Positions 1 to 9,850 of a DNA stretch of 32,000 bases are shown one piece after another. The stretch is from assembly GCA_048882505.1 (NCBI GenBank), contig JBHLRO010000005.1:180001-212000 (forward strand), in the 5' to 3' direction. The translations under genes and the position numbers were made by a program. The DNA comes from Candidatus Thorarchaeota archaeon. GTDB lineage: Archaea > Asgardarchaeota > Heimdallarchaeia > Hodarchaeales > Hodarchaeaceae. Each line of letters begins with the position of its first letter. The stretch's first letter is position 1. Below the pieces are notes generated by a model. The model did no database searches, was not told the DNA's origin, and saw nothing but the letters and a program-made list of their open reading frames with translations.

Positions 1-1
1 T

Positions 2-442
2 CTCTTCCCGGCTCGAGGGTAGTTTTCCTTTTGCTAAATCCTCTTTATTGCCTATTACTATGATTTTTGCCGAGGGGCTTTGCTCCTGAACATCTTTACG
101 CCAGCGTTCTAATTTTTTGTAAGTTTCGTCAATGCGCGTGAGATCAAATACCAAAAACACACCTTGGGCCTTCTTCAGGTAGAGATGTCGGAAGTTTGTA
201 AATCCTGACTGGCCAGCAACATCCCAAATCTGAAAGGATAGTTCTCGATCCTCGCCAGTCTTCGGATCCTGAAGAATCACGGTCTTCGAGAGGAAATCAA
301 CTCCCAAAGTGATTTGGTAACCTTCTTTGAAGAAATCATCAACGTACCTCTTTATTAAACTTGTTTTTCCAACTTCGGGCTCCCCTACCAAAAGCAATTT
401 AAAACTATATTTTGGGGTTTTACCTTTCTTACTCTTGACCAA
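2..442 (-). CDS. Rab-like small GTPase (3' end runs off the window start)
   Basis: Manual translation, absent from the ORF track: (M)VKSKKGKTPKYSFKLLLVGEPEVGKTSLIKRYVDDFFKEGYQITLGVDF...FQIWDVAGQSGF...GVFLVFDLT...IVIGNKED. G1 GEPEVGKT, G2 Thr, G3 WDVAGQ and G4 NKED are present, with RabF-like LGVDF and LVFDLT. TTG start at 442 has GGAG upstream. Confidence 0.93.
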   Translation of the reverse strand, partial: MVKSKKGKTPKYSFKLLLVGEPEVGKTSLIKRYVDDFFKEGYQITLGVDFLSKTVILQDPKTGEDRELSFQIWDVAGQSGFTNFRHLYLKKAQGVFLVFDLTRIDETYKKLERWRKDVQEQSPSAKIIVIGNKEDLAKGKLPSSREE

Positions 443-822
443 CTTAGCTACTCCTGTATGATCTCTACGTTTAAATAGAATGATGTTCAGACAATGTCCA
501 GCGATTGAGGACGCGTTTATGACGCTAAACTCTTGCGGAGTCTTAACTACCTTCGTGATAAACGGTTTTTAAGTTTTACTACGTAATTTACCAAGTCGCA
601 GCATTGAAGGTTTCGTACTCATCTTTGGGATTGATTCCGGATCGATTGATTAATTCCTTAAATGGAATTGGAGTATAATACCCTCCAATTTTGCAAATCA
701 GTAAATCCCATTATATAAGACTGATATTTGCGGAAAATTGTATTCAAAAATGCTTAAATAGGTTCCAGAGGACAGAAAATATCATTAGACATGTTTAATC
801 TTTGTTTTGGTGAATGTGGTAA

Positions 823-3426
823 ATGACTAAATGGGAGTTTTCATTCAAACTTGAGGCGGATGATCGTTCAGCAGCAAAAAAATTCCAGATTATGGTTAGT
901 TCCATTGTGGAACCCGCGGTCCATATCCCTAATTTCCCTAAGGATAAATTATTACGAGCATTGAATGTTCACAGCACCAAGAATGAATATGAATTGTATA
1001 AAGGGATAATTTCAGATCTCAAAATCAAAAAAACCAATGCTTTGGATTCCTCAAAGGAAATCCACGTCCTAATGTTAGTTTTGGAGAAAATTGGGCCGAT
1101 TACATTGGTTTTTAGTAATAAGTTTGAATATTTGGTGCTCGAAGGTATTGATTCTGCCTATGAGTACATCGGTCATGCCGCATTATTGAACATCCTTATT
1201 CAAATAATCAATCCACAGTCCCAAACAGTTAGTGGGCTAGGTAAGATCAAGACAATTTACCACGCTTCAAACTTGAACGCCTTAAAAAGATCCTTAGATT
1301 ATGTTCCTCTACTAGATACTCCAGAGGGGCAGATCCTTCTGTTGGGAATTTCCTTTCTAGTTCCTCTGGTCACCATAATCGTCCTCCCTGGACCGATTCT
1401 AGAGTCCACCACATTCTACCTTTTAATTTTGGGAGTCCTAGGGATCTTGTTTTGCCTGTTCCCCTTCTTTAAAAGATCTAGCCGATACCTATCTGTTTCA
1501 CTTATATCCACAATTGTCCTATACATTTTTGTTGAAGTTATCATATCTTTCCATTTCCTGGTTGAAGGTAGAAACCCCTGGGGGATATTTAACAGCATCG
1601 CTCGATTGGACCTAATTGGAAATCTAAAAAGGCAAACATTAATCCAATCAGCCGGCCAGGGTGTGTTTTTAGGCCTTGAAATTCTTCAGATAGTTATTCC
1701 ATTCTTGGACTTGGTGTTTTTGGCGATAATACCACTCACAATCGGTCTATTTCTTACGCTATCAGTTCAAAAAACCGAAAACACCAGGCGATTAGTTAAA
1801 GCAGGAAGGATCTTTGCGGTTTTATTCTTCATTGTCTCATTGTTGACTCTACCTATAGTCTATCATGCGCTAGGGAAAGGAACAGAAGGAACCATCTATG
1901 CAAGTATTGGACTTGTCGAAACCGCAGAGATGTTTTCTCCGAGATTCGTAAAAAATCTTGAATCAAATCTGGCTGAACTTCAGGAACTGATTGATTCTGC
2001 GAAAGGTCACCTAGAAAAAGCGGGAAACTCCTTTCAGCAGTTTGGTGAAAATCCACTTATATCTGTTGTACTGCCCTATTTTTTCCCGAGCGTTGCAGGG
2101 ATCCCTCTAGATCAAATCCCGAACATTCTGAATTTAACCCATGATCTTGGTGAGGCCGTTCCATTTTACTTGAATTTTCTTTGGGCTTATTTTAGTTTTG
2201 AGCGAGGGTTCAATCAATCTTTTCAAATACTTTCGGAAACTATTTCAGGGCAGAACTTGGGTTTCGGTGCCCAAGAAAACCAGAGATACAACCAATCCAT
2301 GCTCGGAGCCCTCCGTATTCTACAATTAGGTCTTCAGAATCTTACTTTTGCGGAAGAAAATCTCCTACCAAGACTCAGCAGTGCACGAGAGACTTTAAAC
2401 TTTCCAACCTTCCAAGAAATCGGAAATTTCCTTTCTGAACTTGAACTGGGACTCCCAATCCTCGTTTCAGTCATAACTGCTGCGATTCCATGGACGAACT
2501 CGACCTATAAGCTGACACTCGCTCTGGAAAATCTAGATCAATCTCGATTTTCTAATCTGAACGAAATAGAAAATGCTGAATCTGATTACGTTCTTTCACA
2601 GATGGCACTTCAAGATATAGAAATTGAGGAGTTGGGCCTTCCTACTCAAGCGGCTTCGATTTTACCCATCCGTGAGCTTTATAATTTCAGTGAAGGTCTT
2701 CATTCGGTTACAGGTAAGTATCTTCTGGCTGTTAAAAACGCAACTTTTATGTTTCAAGCATTTAATACAACATTGCGAGAGATCCAAGCAATAGATTTTG
2801 CTAATGCTAGTAATATTGCCGACCCTAAATGGCAAAGGGTGGATGAAAGTATGACTAATACATCCTCATATTTGAACGCAACACAATCAAGTTTAGATGA
2901 TATGGAGGAAGTAATCAGTCAATTAAATCTAAATGTACTTAGTGACCTAATAGATGTCTCTCAGCTGTTACAAGAACTAAATAGTTTTACTCAATCAACC
3001 TCAAATAGGTTGGATGTAATTAATACTTACTTTAACGCGTTTGAAACGACCTTTGAATCGATAAATTACTTTTCATTAGGTTCGAATAGTTTGAACGCTA
3101 GTATGACCACTAGTTTAGGGCCTCCGGCCACTTCAGGCAATTATACTCAAGCAAGACAAAACTTTACCCTCAGTCAGGTGGCTGCAAATGAAACAGATTT
3201 AACTTTGGCTGGTATCTCAAACCACCTCTTGAACGATACAGCGATTTCTAACTGGCGAGAACTTGTCAAGGGCGGCGTTAATTCCGTTTATAATTTGGCG
3301 GAAAGAAGTTTGAGTGTTATCGATGCTATCGAAGCAAACGGCTCGATTACAACAGTAACGCATGTAGGTGATTTCGCGCTGATACTAGTTGATATGGAAA
3401 GTTTAGATTGGGATATTTTTGCTTGA
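823..3426 (+). CDS. Large multi-pass membrane protein with C-terminal helical, probably N-glycosylated ectodomain; function unknown
   Basis: 867-aa ORF. About 5 hydrophobic segments lie between aa ~170 and ~350. The amphipathic helical C-terminal ~500 aa carry 17 N-x-S/T sequons, against none in the first 350 aa. Confidence 0.75.
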   Translation: MTKWEFSFKLEADDRSAAKKFQIMVSSIVEPAVHIPNFPKDKLLRALNVHSTKNEYELYKGIISDLKIKKTNALDSSKEIHVLMLVLEKIGPITLVFSNKFEYLVLEGIDSAYEYIGHAALLNILIQIINPQSQTVSGLGKIKTIYHASNLNALKRSLDYVPLLDTPEGQILLLGISFLVPLVTIIVLPGPILESTTFYLLILGVLGILFCLFPFFKRSSRYLSVSLISTIVLYIFVEVIISFHFLVEGRNPWGIFNSIARLDLIGNLKRQTLIQSAGQGVFLGLEILQIVIPFLDLVFLAIIPLTIGLFLTLSVQKTENTRRLVKAGRIFAVLFFIVSLLTLPIVYHALGKGTEGTIYASIGLVETAEMFSPRFVKNLESNLAELQELIDSAKGHLEKAGNSFQQFGENPLISVVLPYFFPSVAGIPLDQIPNILNLTHDLGEAVPFYLNFLWAYFSFERGFNQSFQILSETISGQNLGFGAQENQRYNQSMLGALRILQLGLQNLTFAEENLLPRLSSARETLNFPTFQEIGNFLSELELGLPILVSVITAAIPWTNSTYKLTLALENLDQSRFSNLNEIENAESDYVLSQMALQDIEIEELGLPTQAASILPIRELYNFSEGLHSVTGKYLLAVKNATFMFQAFNTTLREIQAIDFANASNIADPKWQRVDESMTNTSSYLNATQSSLDDMEEVISQLNLNVLSDLIDVSQLLQELNSFTQSTSNRLDVINTYFNAFETTFESINYFSLGSNSLNASMTTSLGPPATSGNYTQARQNFTLSQVAANETDLTLAGISNHLLNDTAISNWRELVKGGVNSVYNLAERSLSVIDAIEANGSITTVTHVGDFALILVDMESLDWDIFA

Positions 3427-3438
3427 GAGGCCAGGTAT

Positions 3439-4911
3439 TTAGTCAGAGATGAAAGAGAATTGCGTTTGTCCTTCCAGATAAGGTTTAGGATCCATGTCCC
3501 ACACGGCAAGATCAAACTCTCCTCGAGTGGCCGCTAAATCGCGAAATACCATTCCTGCTTGTGCATCTTTCCAGAACTCCTCTCCAAATTCATCTACCAT
3601 CTGATCGATCCATTCTTTTACGCGTATACTAGCCAAGATGTATGATGGAGAATATACATCGTAATCAGGCATTACATGGTGCAATAACCAATAATTACCA
3701 GGTATTTCCCAGAAAAACCGCTTAGTAAGTTTTTGATAACGATTAGAAGCCAATTCTACCGTATATTCTTTTTTCCAGTACTCTAGCTTCATAAGCGAAT
3801 TAGCAGCGTAAAAGACCAGGAAATACAAATTCATGAAATGGCGTCTGTCTATAATTTGATTCACAACTTCATCGGAAAGACCAAGTTCAGATTTCAAAAA
3901 CTGAGGCTGTTCAAGGAGGGATTCAAGAAATATAGAAAAGGTTTCTGCGACACCCATTGGGATTAAATACCTTATCCAGAAAGGATCTTCTTTTCTTCCA
4001 GATACACCATGAACTGCATGACCAAATTCATGAAAAACGCTTGCAAAGTCACTAAATGGCGAGACTCGCTTATAAACGACTCGAATATCATCTGGTACCC
4101 GAATAGAAAAACAGAATGCTGAGGGGGATTTTTTTTCCCGGTCATCACTGTCAACTGAAATGCTTTTCAACTCATCTTGAAACCCCCAATTCGAAAGAAC
4201 CTTTTCGACAGCCTTGATAGGATCTTTCTTTTGGAAGTGTTTGTTCAACGGTGTATATATGCGGCCCCGCGCAACATAAAAATCATCAAAGTATTCAAAC
4301 TGGGACTTGCCCAATATTTCTGGAGCATAGTGATCAGCGGCTGCGAGAAAAGGTTTACGGGCCTCCTCACCGAGGAAGACCATCAAATCATGCAGCTTTT
4401 GATATTCAACTCCCTCTCTTTCTAAATATGAATCAAGAGGAGAAATATGATATTTTGAATAGATTTCACGGGAAATTTGAAACCTTTGTTCAACCAGAGG
4501 GGCTAATTGGGGGGCCTTAGCGATGAAATCATCAAACACTTTTTTACGGGCGGATATATCGTTGGATTGAGAATTGAACTGTCTCCAACTTCCCCAATTT
4601 ACTGGCTTTCCATTAACCTCAAATTCAGTATTTCTGATTGCGATCGGTCGTAATTCGTGAATTCTAATGGTTAACGGTAATCTTTTGGCCGCCACTGTCG
4701 TTGAAATAGCTGAAAGATATAACGATCTGGGATCCATGTAGGAGGCTAGAAATTCTGAACTTAGCTCCACCTGAATCTCTGCAATTGATTTCATAAGATT
4801 TTCATCGTATTGAAGGCCAGCTGTTTGATTGTATCTTTGCTCGCTCATCTGGATAGCATATTTTTCAAAATCAGCGGCAAGACTGTTCAAGCTACGGGGT
4901 TGAGTATTCAT
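3439..4911 (-). CDS. M3-like zinc metallopeptidase (gluzincin, oligopeptidase-like)
   Basis: HEFGH zinc motif, downstream Glu (GVAETFS) and SPSAFCF segment typical of M3/M2-type peptidases. Start placed at ATG 4911 because GGTGA directly abuts the track's TTG at 4920. Confidence 0.8.
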   Translation of the reverse strand: MNTQPRSLNSLAADFEKYAIQMSEQRYNQTAGLQYDENLMKSIAEIQVELSSEFLASYMDPRSLYLSAISTTVAAKRLPLTIRIHELRPIAIRNTEFEVNGKPVNWGSWRQFNSQSNDISARKKVFDDFIAKAPQLAPLVEQRFQISREIYSKYHISPLDSYLEREGVEYQKLHDLMVFLGEEARKPFLAAADHYAPEILGKSQFEYFDDFYVARGRIYTPLNKHFQKKDPIKAVEKVLSNWGFQDELKSISVDSDDREKKSPSAFCFSIRVPDDIRVVYKRVSPFSDFASVFHEFGHAVHGVSGRKEDPFWIRYLIPMGVAETFSIFLESLLEQPQFLKSELGLSDEVVNQIIDRRHFMNLYFLVFYAANSLMKLEYWKKEYTVELASNRYQKLTKRFFWEIPGNYWLLHHVMPDYDVYSPSYILASIRVKEWIDQMVDEFGEEFWKDAQAGMVFRDLAATRGEFDLAVWDMDPKPYLEGQTQFSFISD

Positions 4912-5068
4912 GAGAACCAATCACCCTCGAAGAACTAGTAAGAGGACGTGCAGATGATCTCTATGAGCATTCAAGTTTTAAAGGTTGGGGATTTTTATTT
5001 AAAGATCCAATCGATCTCGTAGCGTGGAAATCAGCATTCTTAAAGTAGTTGAAATCCAAATACAAAGA

Positions 5069-6157
5069 TCAAAGACCTTCCATCCAATCCAGAAACTTGG
5101 CAGACAAATGCTTCAGAACGAGTTCCCGTATTAAAGGATTTCTCTGAGCGCTAATCTCCGCGGCAATCTCTACTAGGTCACGATCATTTGTTTCTTTAAT
5201 AATCTGAAGGCTCCGGTCTCGTTCTTCTTCGGATTGTGAAAAAGCATCAGTCAATTGGTTAGCAACTTGTAGGATATCATTGATAGCTGCATCAACAATT
5301 TCTAGTTGACGATTACGATTACGACGTAACTGCTTTATAAGTTTCCTTGAAAACGGGCATGACTTCCCGTTCCTGACCAGATTTTTTTTCGTATCCACGA
5401 GTATTTCTTGAGGGAAGTGTTTGACCAAACCTTGGGGAATACCAATGATATCCGCTTGGTGCGGATCAATCAGTTGAGTAGAGTAACCAACCTTTCTAAG
5501 GGCTTGGTGAGGCGCAAACAAACTCAGGCTATGGACGATAAGCTCAACAATGGCACCAGAATCTCCCGTCACAAATATGGGTTCGCCACGTAATAATCCC
5601 CCTACGGCTCGATCCTCGTTCTTTTTCACTTGTGCAAGAAAGAATTCAATACTACTTCCATCGCGTTTTTCAGATATGGTTACACGGCGCTCAACAATTT
5701 CTATCTCGGCCACAGCTTCTTTTTCTGTGATTTTCCAATTGCTCAATAAGCTGGCCAGTTGAGGAGGTAACGTCGCGTTACCAGTATAGACAAATTGCTG
5801 CTTTATTTGGTTAGCGATTTCCTCAGCCTTAAATTTAAGGAAAGGTACTTTATTGTAGAGAAATACCTGTTGATCTTGGGGCACCAAATAGCTAATAGAG
5901 GCAACACACCTTGGATTATTCGGATCCGCTTGTGAAATCTGAAACAAAAGAATGAATGCAATCTTCTCGAGCTTTGAAAAGGGCAAAATGGCTTCAGCAC
6001 TTTCTAAATCAGCGGAAGACATCATTGCCAATGTCATTTGAGAGCGCAAAGCGATTTGAGTTGCTTTTTCTGAAGTTAGATTTTTACCCTCGTAGAACAA
6101 TGGAATTGCCCCTCTTTTTTTGTCATACACGCTGAACAAAACGGTCCGATCCATCAT
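5069..6157 (-). CDS. DENN-domain-like protein (uDENN/longin + cDENN + helical dDENN), C9orf72-like
   Basis: aa 1-125 longin-like (VLFSVYDKKRGAIPL...RCVASISYLVPQDQQVF). aa 185-262 cDENN-like (GLLRGEPIFVTGDSGAIVELIVHSLSLF...DIIGI...ILVDTKKNLV). Helical C-terminus. GGTGA RBS before ATG. Assignment is by pattern match to remembered sequences. Confidence 0.65.
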   Translation of the reverse strand: MMDRTVLFSVYDKKRGAIPLFYEGKNLTSEKATQIALRSQMTLAMMSSADLESAEAILPFSKLEKIAFILLFQISQADPNNPRCVASISYLVPQDQQVFLYNKVPFLKFKAEEIANQIKQQFVYTGNATLPPQLASLLSNWKITEKEAVAEIEIVERRVTISEKRDGSSIEFFLAQVKKNEDRAVGGLLRGEPIFVTGDSGAIVELIVHSLSLFAPHQALRKVGYSTQLIDPHQADIIGIPQGLVKHFPQEILVDTKKNLVRNGKSCPFSRKLIKQLRRNRNRQLEIVDAAINDILQVANQLTDAFSQSEEERDRSLQIIKETNDRDLVEIAAEISAQRNPLIRELVLKHLSAKFLDWMEGL

Positions 6158-6404
6158 TATGGCTCACCTAGCTTGAATTCCAGTATTTTCCTTATCTATC
6201 CTGACGAGCTACCTAAAATCACCAAAAAGCGTTGAAACAAGTTGATTTTAATCTCGACCATGTTTTCAGGATGGGGCAATTGCTGTGATGGGATTTTTAA
6301 AATTATTGACCAAGACCTAGCTGTGAATATCCTTTTTTAAGGGATATAACGACCTCGCCATCAAAAACGAGCTTATAAACGAGGCTTAGATATCTAAAAT
6401 TCAG

Positions 6405-6866
6405 CTATGATGAAAGTTCCCAGAAATTAATTATCTGATTGGCATGTTCTGAAGTATTAACTTTCTCTATGCCATGGTCCCCTCCAAAAATCCCTTCTAT
6501 TGTGCCTTTTTCATCAATTAAGAAGGTTACCCGTGTCACCCGCATTGGTTTTTTATATACACCATATTTTTTGGCCAAAGAGAGGTCTTGATCCATTAGC
6601 AAAGGAAAGGGGAGGCTATTCTTTTCCTTAAACCTCTGATGGGACTTTTCACTGCCCCCAGAAACACCAAAAATCGGTATGCCTTGTTTTTGAAAGATCT
6701 GATAATTGTCACGGATAGAGCAGGCTTCCTTTGTACAACCTGGGGTGGAATCTCTTGGATAAAAATAGAGAACGAATTTTTTACCCTTTAGCAAGTCTGA
6801 ATCAACTTGATTACCCTCTTCATCTGTTGTTTCAAAGGACGGTGCTGTGTCTCCTATTTTAAGCAA
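6405..6866 (-). CDS. bcp: Thioredoxin-dependent peroxiredoxin, BCP/PrxQ family
   Basis: VLYFYPRDSTPGCTKEAC active-site motif, FPLLMD, and RVTFLIDEKG. Confidence 0.95.
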   Translation of the reverse strand: MLKIGDTAPSFETTDEEGNQVDSDLLKGKKFVLYFYPRDSTPGCTKEACSIRDNYQIFQKQGIPIFGVSGGSEKSHQRFKEKNSLPFPLLMDQDLSLAKKYGVYKKPMRVTRVTFLIDEKGTIEGIFGGDHGIEKVNTSEHANQIINFWELSS

Positions 6867-7269
6867 ATCGGTTCCTCCTTCAATAGATAGATGGCTGACA
6901 TGCTGGGATTTTTTGATATGCTAAAAAAGTATCCTAGCTGATCTTCGAAAAAAAGAGTTTCATCGTTTTACCTTGTCAACATTTACGGAATGCAGACAGT
7001 ATAATCTCCTCAAATACGTTTGATTGGATTTGACTTCGATCATTACGATCTGGGGTATATTCGTTGCCATAATAGTTCCGCTCTAGAGGAAATTAGGGCT
7101 ATTAGGATGGAGATTTAACGTGAACTTTCGTTCTCTTTTGCCCGCCTTTCTCGAAGAAAAATCGTTTGGGTTATAAACCATCAATAGCGGATTATTTGGC
7201 ATAAATTGGAAAGCTGATTAAAATGGAAATCAATCCCGCCTAGTTCTTAATATGATGAAACGGATTCTC

Positions 7270-7698
7270 CTAGTACAATGATCTAATGAAACTTTGAATT
7301 TTGGCTAAAAGATCTTCCTCATTTCTATAAGAAGATATCTTTAACAGCGATGATACGTTTCCTAAAATCATGACGGATATTGGCCCCAGTTCCTCCCGAT
7401 ACAGGGCTAAAACTGGTTTCTTAAGCGTTTCCAAGGCATATGAAATCTCATAACCCACTCCCAAACTAGGAATACTAACCTCCGCAACTACTCCATCGCA
7501 TTGGTTCAACCATTGAATATCTTGCTTAAAAATGTCCTTTTCAGATATAGAATTTTCAATCTCCAACACATTCTCCGAGGCCACATGATGGGCTAATACA
7601 GAGACTCCATTTCGATCTAAATAACCATAGATCTTCTGGTAGGTGGGTTGAAGTTCACGACCTCCCCTTATCGCGCCGGATAGATAGATTTGAAGCAT
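7270..7698 (-). CDS. 2'-deoxynucleoside 5'-phosphate N-hydrolase (DNPH1/RCL-like; nucleoside 2-deoxyribosyltransferase fold)
   Basis: IYLSGAIRGG, QDIQWL and AEVSIPSLGVGYE match the DNPH1/RCL motifs with catalytic Tyr, Asp and Glu retained. Confidence 0.88.
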   Translation of the reverse strand: MLQIYLSGAIRGGRELQPTYQKIYGYLDRNGVSVLAHHVASENVLEIENSISEKDIFKQDIQWLNQCDGVVAEVSIPSLGVGYEISYALETLKKPVLALYREELGPISVMILGNVSSLLKISSYRNEEDLLAKIQSFIRSLY

Positions 7699-7707
7699 TT
7701 GGATTCC

Positions 7708-8484
7708 CTAAATAGATGTAGGTAGTTTTTTAAGGATCAATTGACAATGCTCTTTAACTTTCATATCAGTTGTTTGTTGTTTTAACAGTTCGAGGGCCGT
7801 TAGGGTGTTCCCTCTGAAAACGGATAACTCTATGTGTTCAGTTTCACATAAATCTGCCAGACGTTCATTTAACAGTGGATTGGTTTGGAGAATGGAAGAA
7901 AGGACTTGGAACGTTTTTTTATCAGAATTTCCCTTCCGTAATGCTTTCAAGAATTTTGAGGGGTTGTTATAATGTCCACTCCTAATTATTGCAGCTATGG
8001 AAGGGTAAAACGCTTCTGATTTATCTTCTAACCAGCTATGAATCTCGTGGATACCTGTCATTGCATGTTCCCAATGTTTCTGAAATCGTTCTGAAGGAAA
8101 TCCTAGATCTTTCCATGATTCCATTTTTTGGACTATTTGCATATATTCTTTGAAATGTTCTATAGAAGCTTCCCGATTGCGGGCTGAAAATTCAAGAGCT
8201 CCGAGGACAAAACCATGAGAATAATGCGACAAACTCCAAGGGAGCTCTTTAGAAAGGATTTCTTGTCTGATCTCTTCAAGTATTTTGCTATTTACTGAAT
8301 AATGCTCCATTTCTTCTTGGGAATATCTACGGGGATCTCTCGAAATATTATCGATTGCCCAATAAATCAGTAAAGCTTCTTCTTCAGTCTTTGAATCAGA
8401 AACAAACTCTTTAATTTCAAATTCCTTCAACAGATAGCTTTTTATGGACTGAAAATCAACATCTAACCTAATCAATGTGATCAC
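7708..8484 (-). CDS. Hypothetical alpha-helical protein
   Basis: 258-aa ORF with GTG start, 9 nt upstream of the DNPH1-like gene and co-oriented. No motif recognised. Confidence 0.7.
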   Translation of the reverse strand: MITLIRLDVDFQSIKSYLLKEFEIKEFVSDSKTEEEALLIYWAIDNISRDPRRYSQEEMEHYSVNSKILEEIRQEILSKELPWSLSHYSHGFVLGALEFSARNREASIEHFKEYMQIVQKMESWKDLGFPSERFQKHWEHAMTGIHEIHSWLEDKSEAFYPSIAAIIRSGHYNNPSKFLKALRKGNSDKKTFQVLSSILQTNPLLNERLADLCETEHIELSVFRGNTLTALELLKQQTTDMKVKEHCQLILKKLPTSI

Positions 8485-9014
8485 GTTCTATATTCTGGAA
8501 TTCAGTTAAAACTCATTCGTAATCGGGCACCGTTAAAAGGGTTTTTAATCCTTCTCTTGGCAGAAGATGGCATGATCTGTAGGAAAATCCAAATTCATAG
8601 AATACGAAACCAAAACCCGCGCGTTTGACAAGAAATGCGATTATTCTTCTCTCAAAAAGCTGGATAGCAACTGAATCTAGTATTTCCGTAAAAATACCCT
8701 ACAAAGTTTCAACCAGATGATTTAGATCCAATAGGATGAACTAGGAATTTCTTTCTAGGCTATTAGAGGAAAAGGGTTAGAAACAGATAAGTTATTATAT
8801 AGCGTTAAGAGGAGCTAGATCAACGGATGAAAATGCCCCATTCCATCTGAAATAATTCCGTTCCATATATGCTGTCACTATTATTGCGTGGGTGTAGCTG
8901 GGGACGGGATTACATTTGGAGAGTCACCCGAAATTATTTAAAGATGTATTAGTAGTTTATCGGGGTAAGTGAGGCTTTTTTCGTGAAATAACAAAATAAT
9001 GAGGATAATTCGTA

Positions 9015-9383
9015 ATGTCTAAGAAAAGGAAAACGAGGCCAGGTTCAGAAACAATTGTCAGGAGAACTAGGTACCCATCAAGAAGTGAGGTTATCGGAGT
9101 TGTAATCCGAAACCTTGGCGCTCGAAGGATGGAAGTACTTTGTACAGACAAAGTTAAACGTGTTGCGCGCATCCCAGGACGCTTTAGAAGAGGATATCGA
9201 ATCACAGTAAATGATGTCGTTCTTGTGGAGCCGTGGAATGACTTGGCTGGCGATAAGGCAGATATAACGTATAGATACCGTAAAAACGAAATTCGCCCAC
9301 TGGCAAAGAGATATAAAAAGGAATTATTGGATCTCGAGGTCGAAATTCCCCGTCCTTCAGAAGAATACGGATTTCCTTCCTAG
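9015..9383 (+). CDS. eif1a: Translation initiation factor aIF-1A (eIF-1A)
   Basis: OB-fold pattern EVIGVVIRNLGARRMEVLCTD...ARIPGRFRR...DVVLVEPW...KADITYRY. Confidence 0.92.
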   Translation: MSKKRKTRPGSETIVRRTRYPSRSEVIGVVIRNLGARRMEVLCTDKVKRVARIPGRFRRGYRITVNDVVLVEPWNDLAGDKADITYRYRKNEIRPLAKRYKKELLDLEVEIPRPSEEYGFPS

Positions 9384-9850
9384 GGATAGCTTTTTAGGCT
9401 TTGTTACGATCCTAACCAGTTTAAACGAATTCTTCCATCAGTTCAAAGATTGTATGAATAAAGGGATCAAAACTCAACCCTAACCTGTCCTGAGTACGAT
9501 ATTTGAAGCGAAACCAATGAATTCGATAAGATTTCGAATCTCTTATTTCATTTCAGGCAAACGGGCAAAGAGAAATCGTTGAATCTGCTTCAAATCCCGT
9601 TGAAAAACCCAATTAATAAGAATTAGGAAGAATAGCTACAAAAGGATATATTTCTGAGGGGATGAATAATTCTGAGATTTCGATTTCCACAATACGTTTT
9701 CTTCCTCAAAGTAAAGGCCAAATGCCAGGCGTAAGAGCTATATTAGACAAAGAATCTCTTTAAAAGTATGTCTTTACTACTTTACTAAAGCTATTCTTTT
9801 ATTTAAAAGCTAACTTACTTTAAGTGGATATAATACATTAACGGTGACAA

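Noticed and set aside
6386-6397. 12-bp palindrome TTAGATATCTAA just downstream of bcp
   Set aside because: Short and AT-rich, so expected by chance; it lacks the spacer architecture of a dif site.
8889-8930. GGGTG...CACCC-bounded segment with a tRNA-like GTAGCT start
   Set aside because: Too short, no T-loop (GTTCRA) or cloverleaf, and only a 5-bp closing stem.
9400-9720. Protein-like fragments on the minus strand between eif1a and the Fe-S carrier gene (possible pseudogene)
   Set aside because: Multiple stops in all frames and no recognisable family; cannot be distinguished from AT-rich intergenic DNA.
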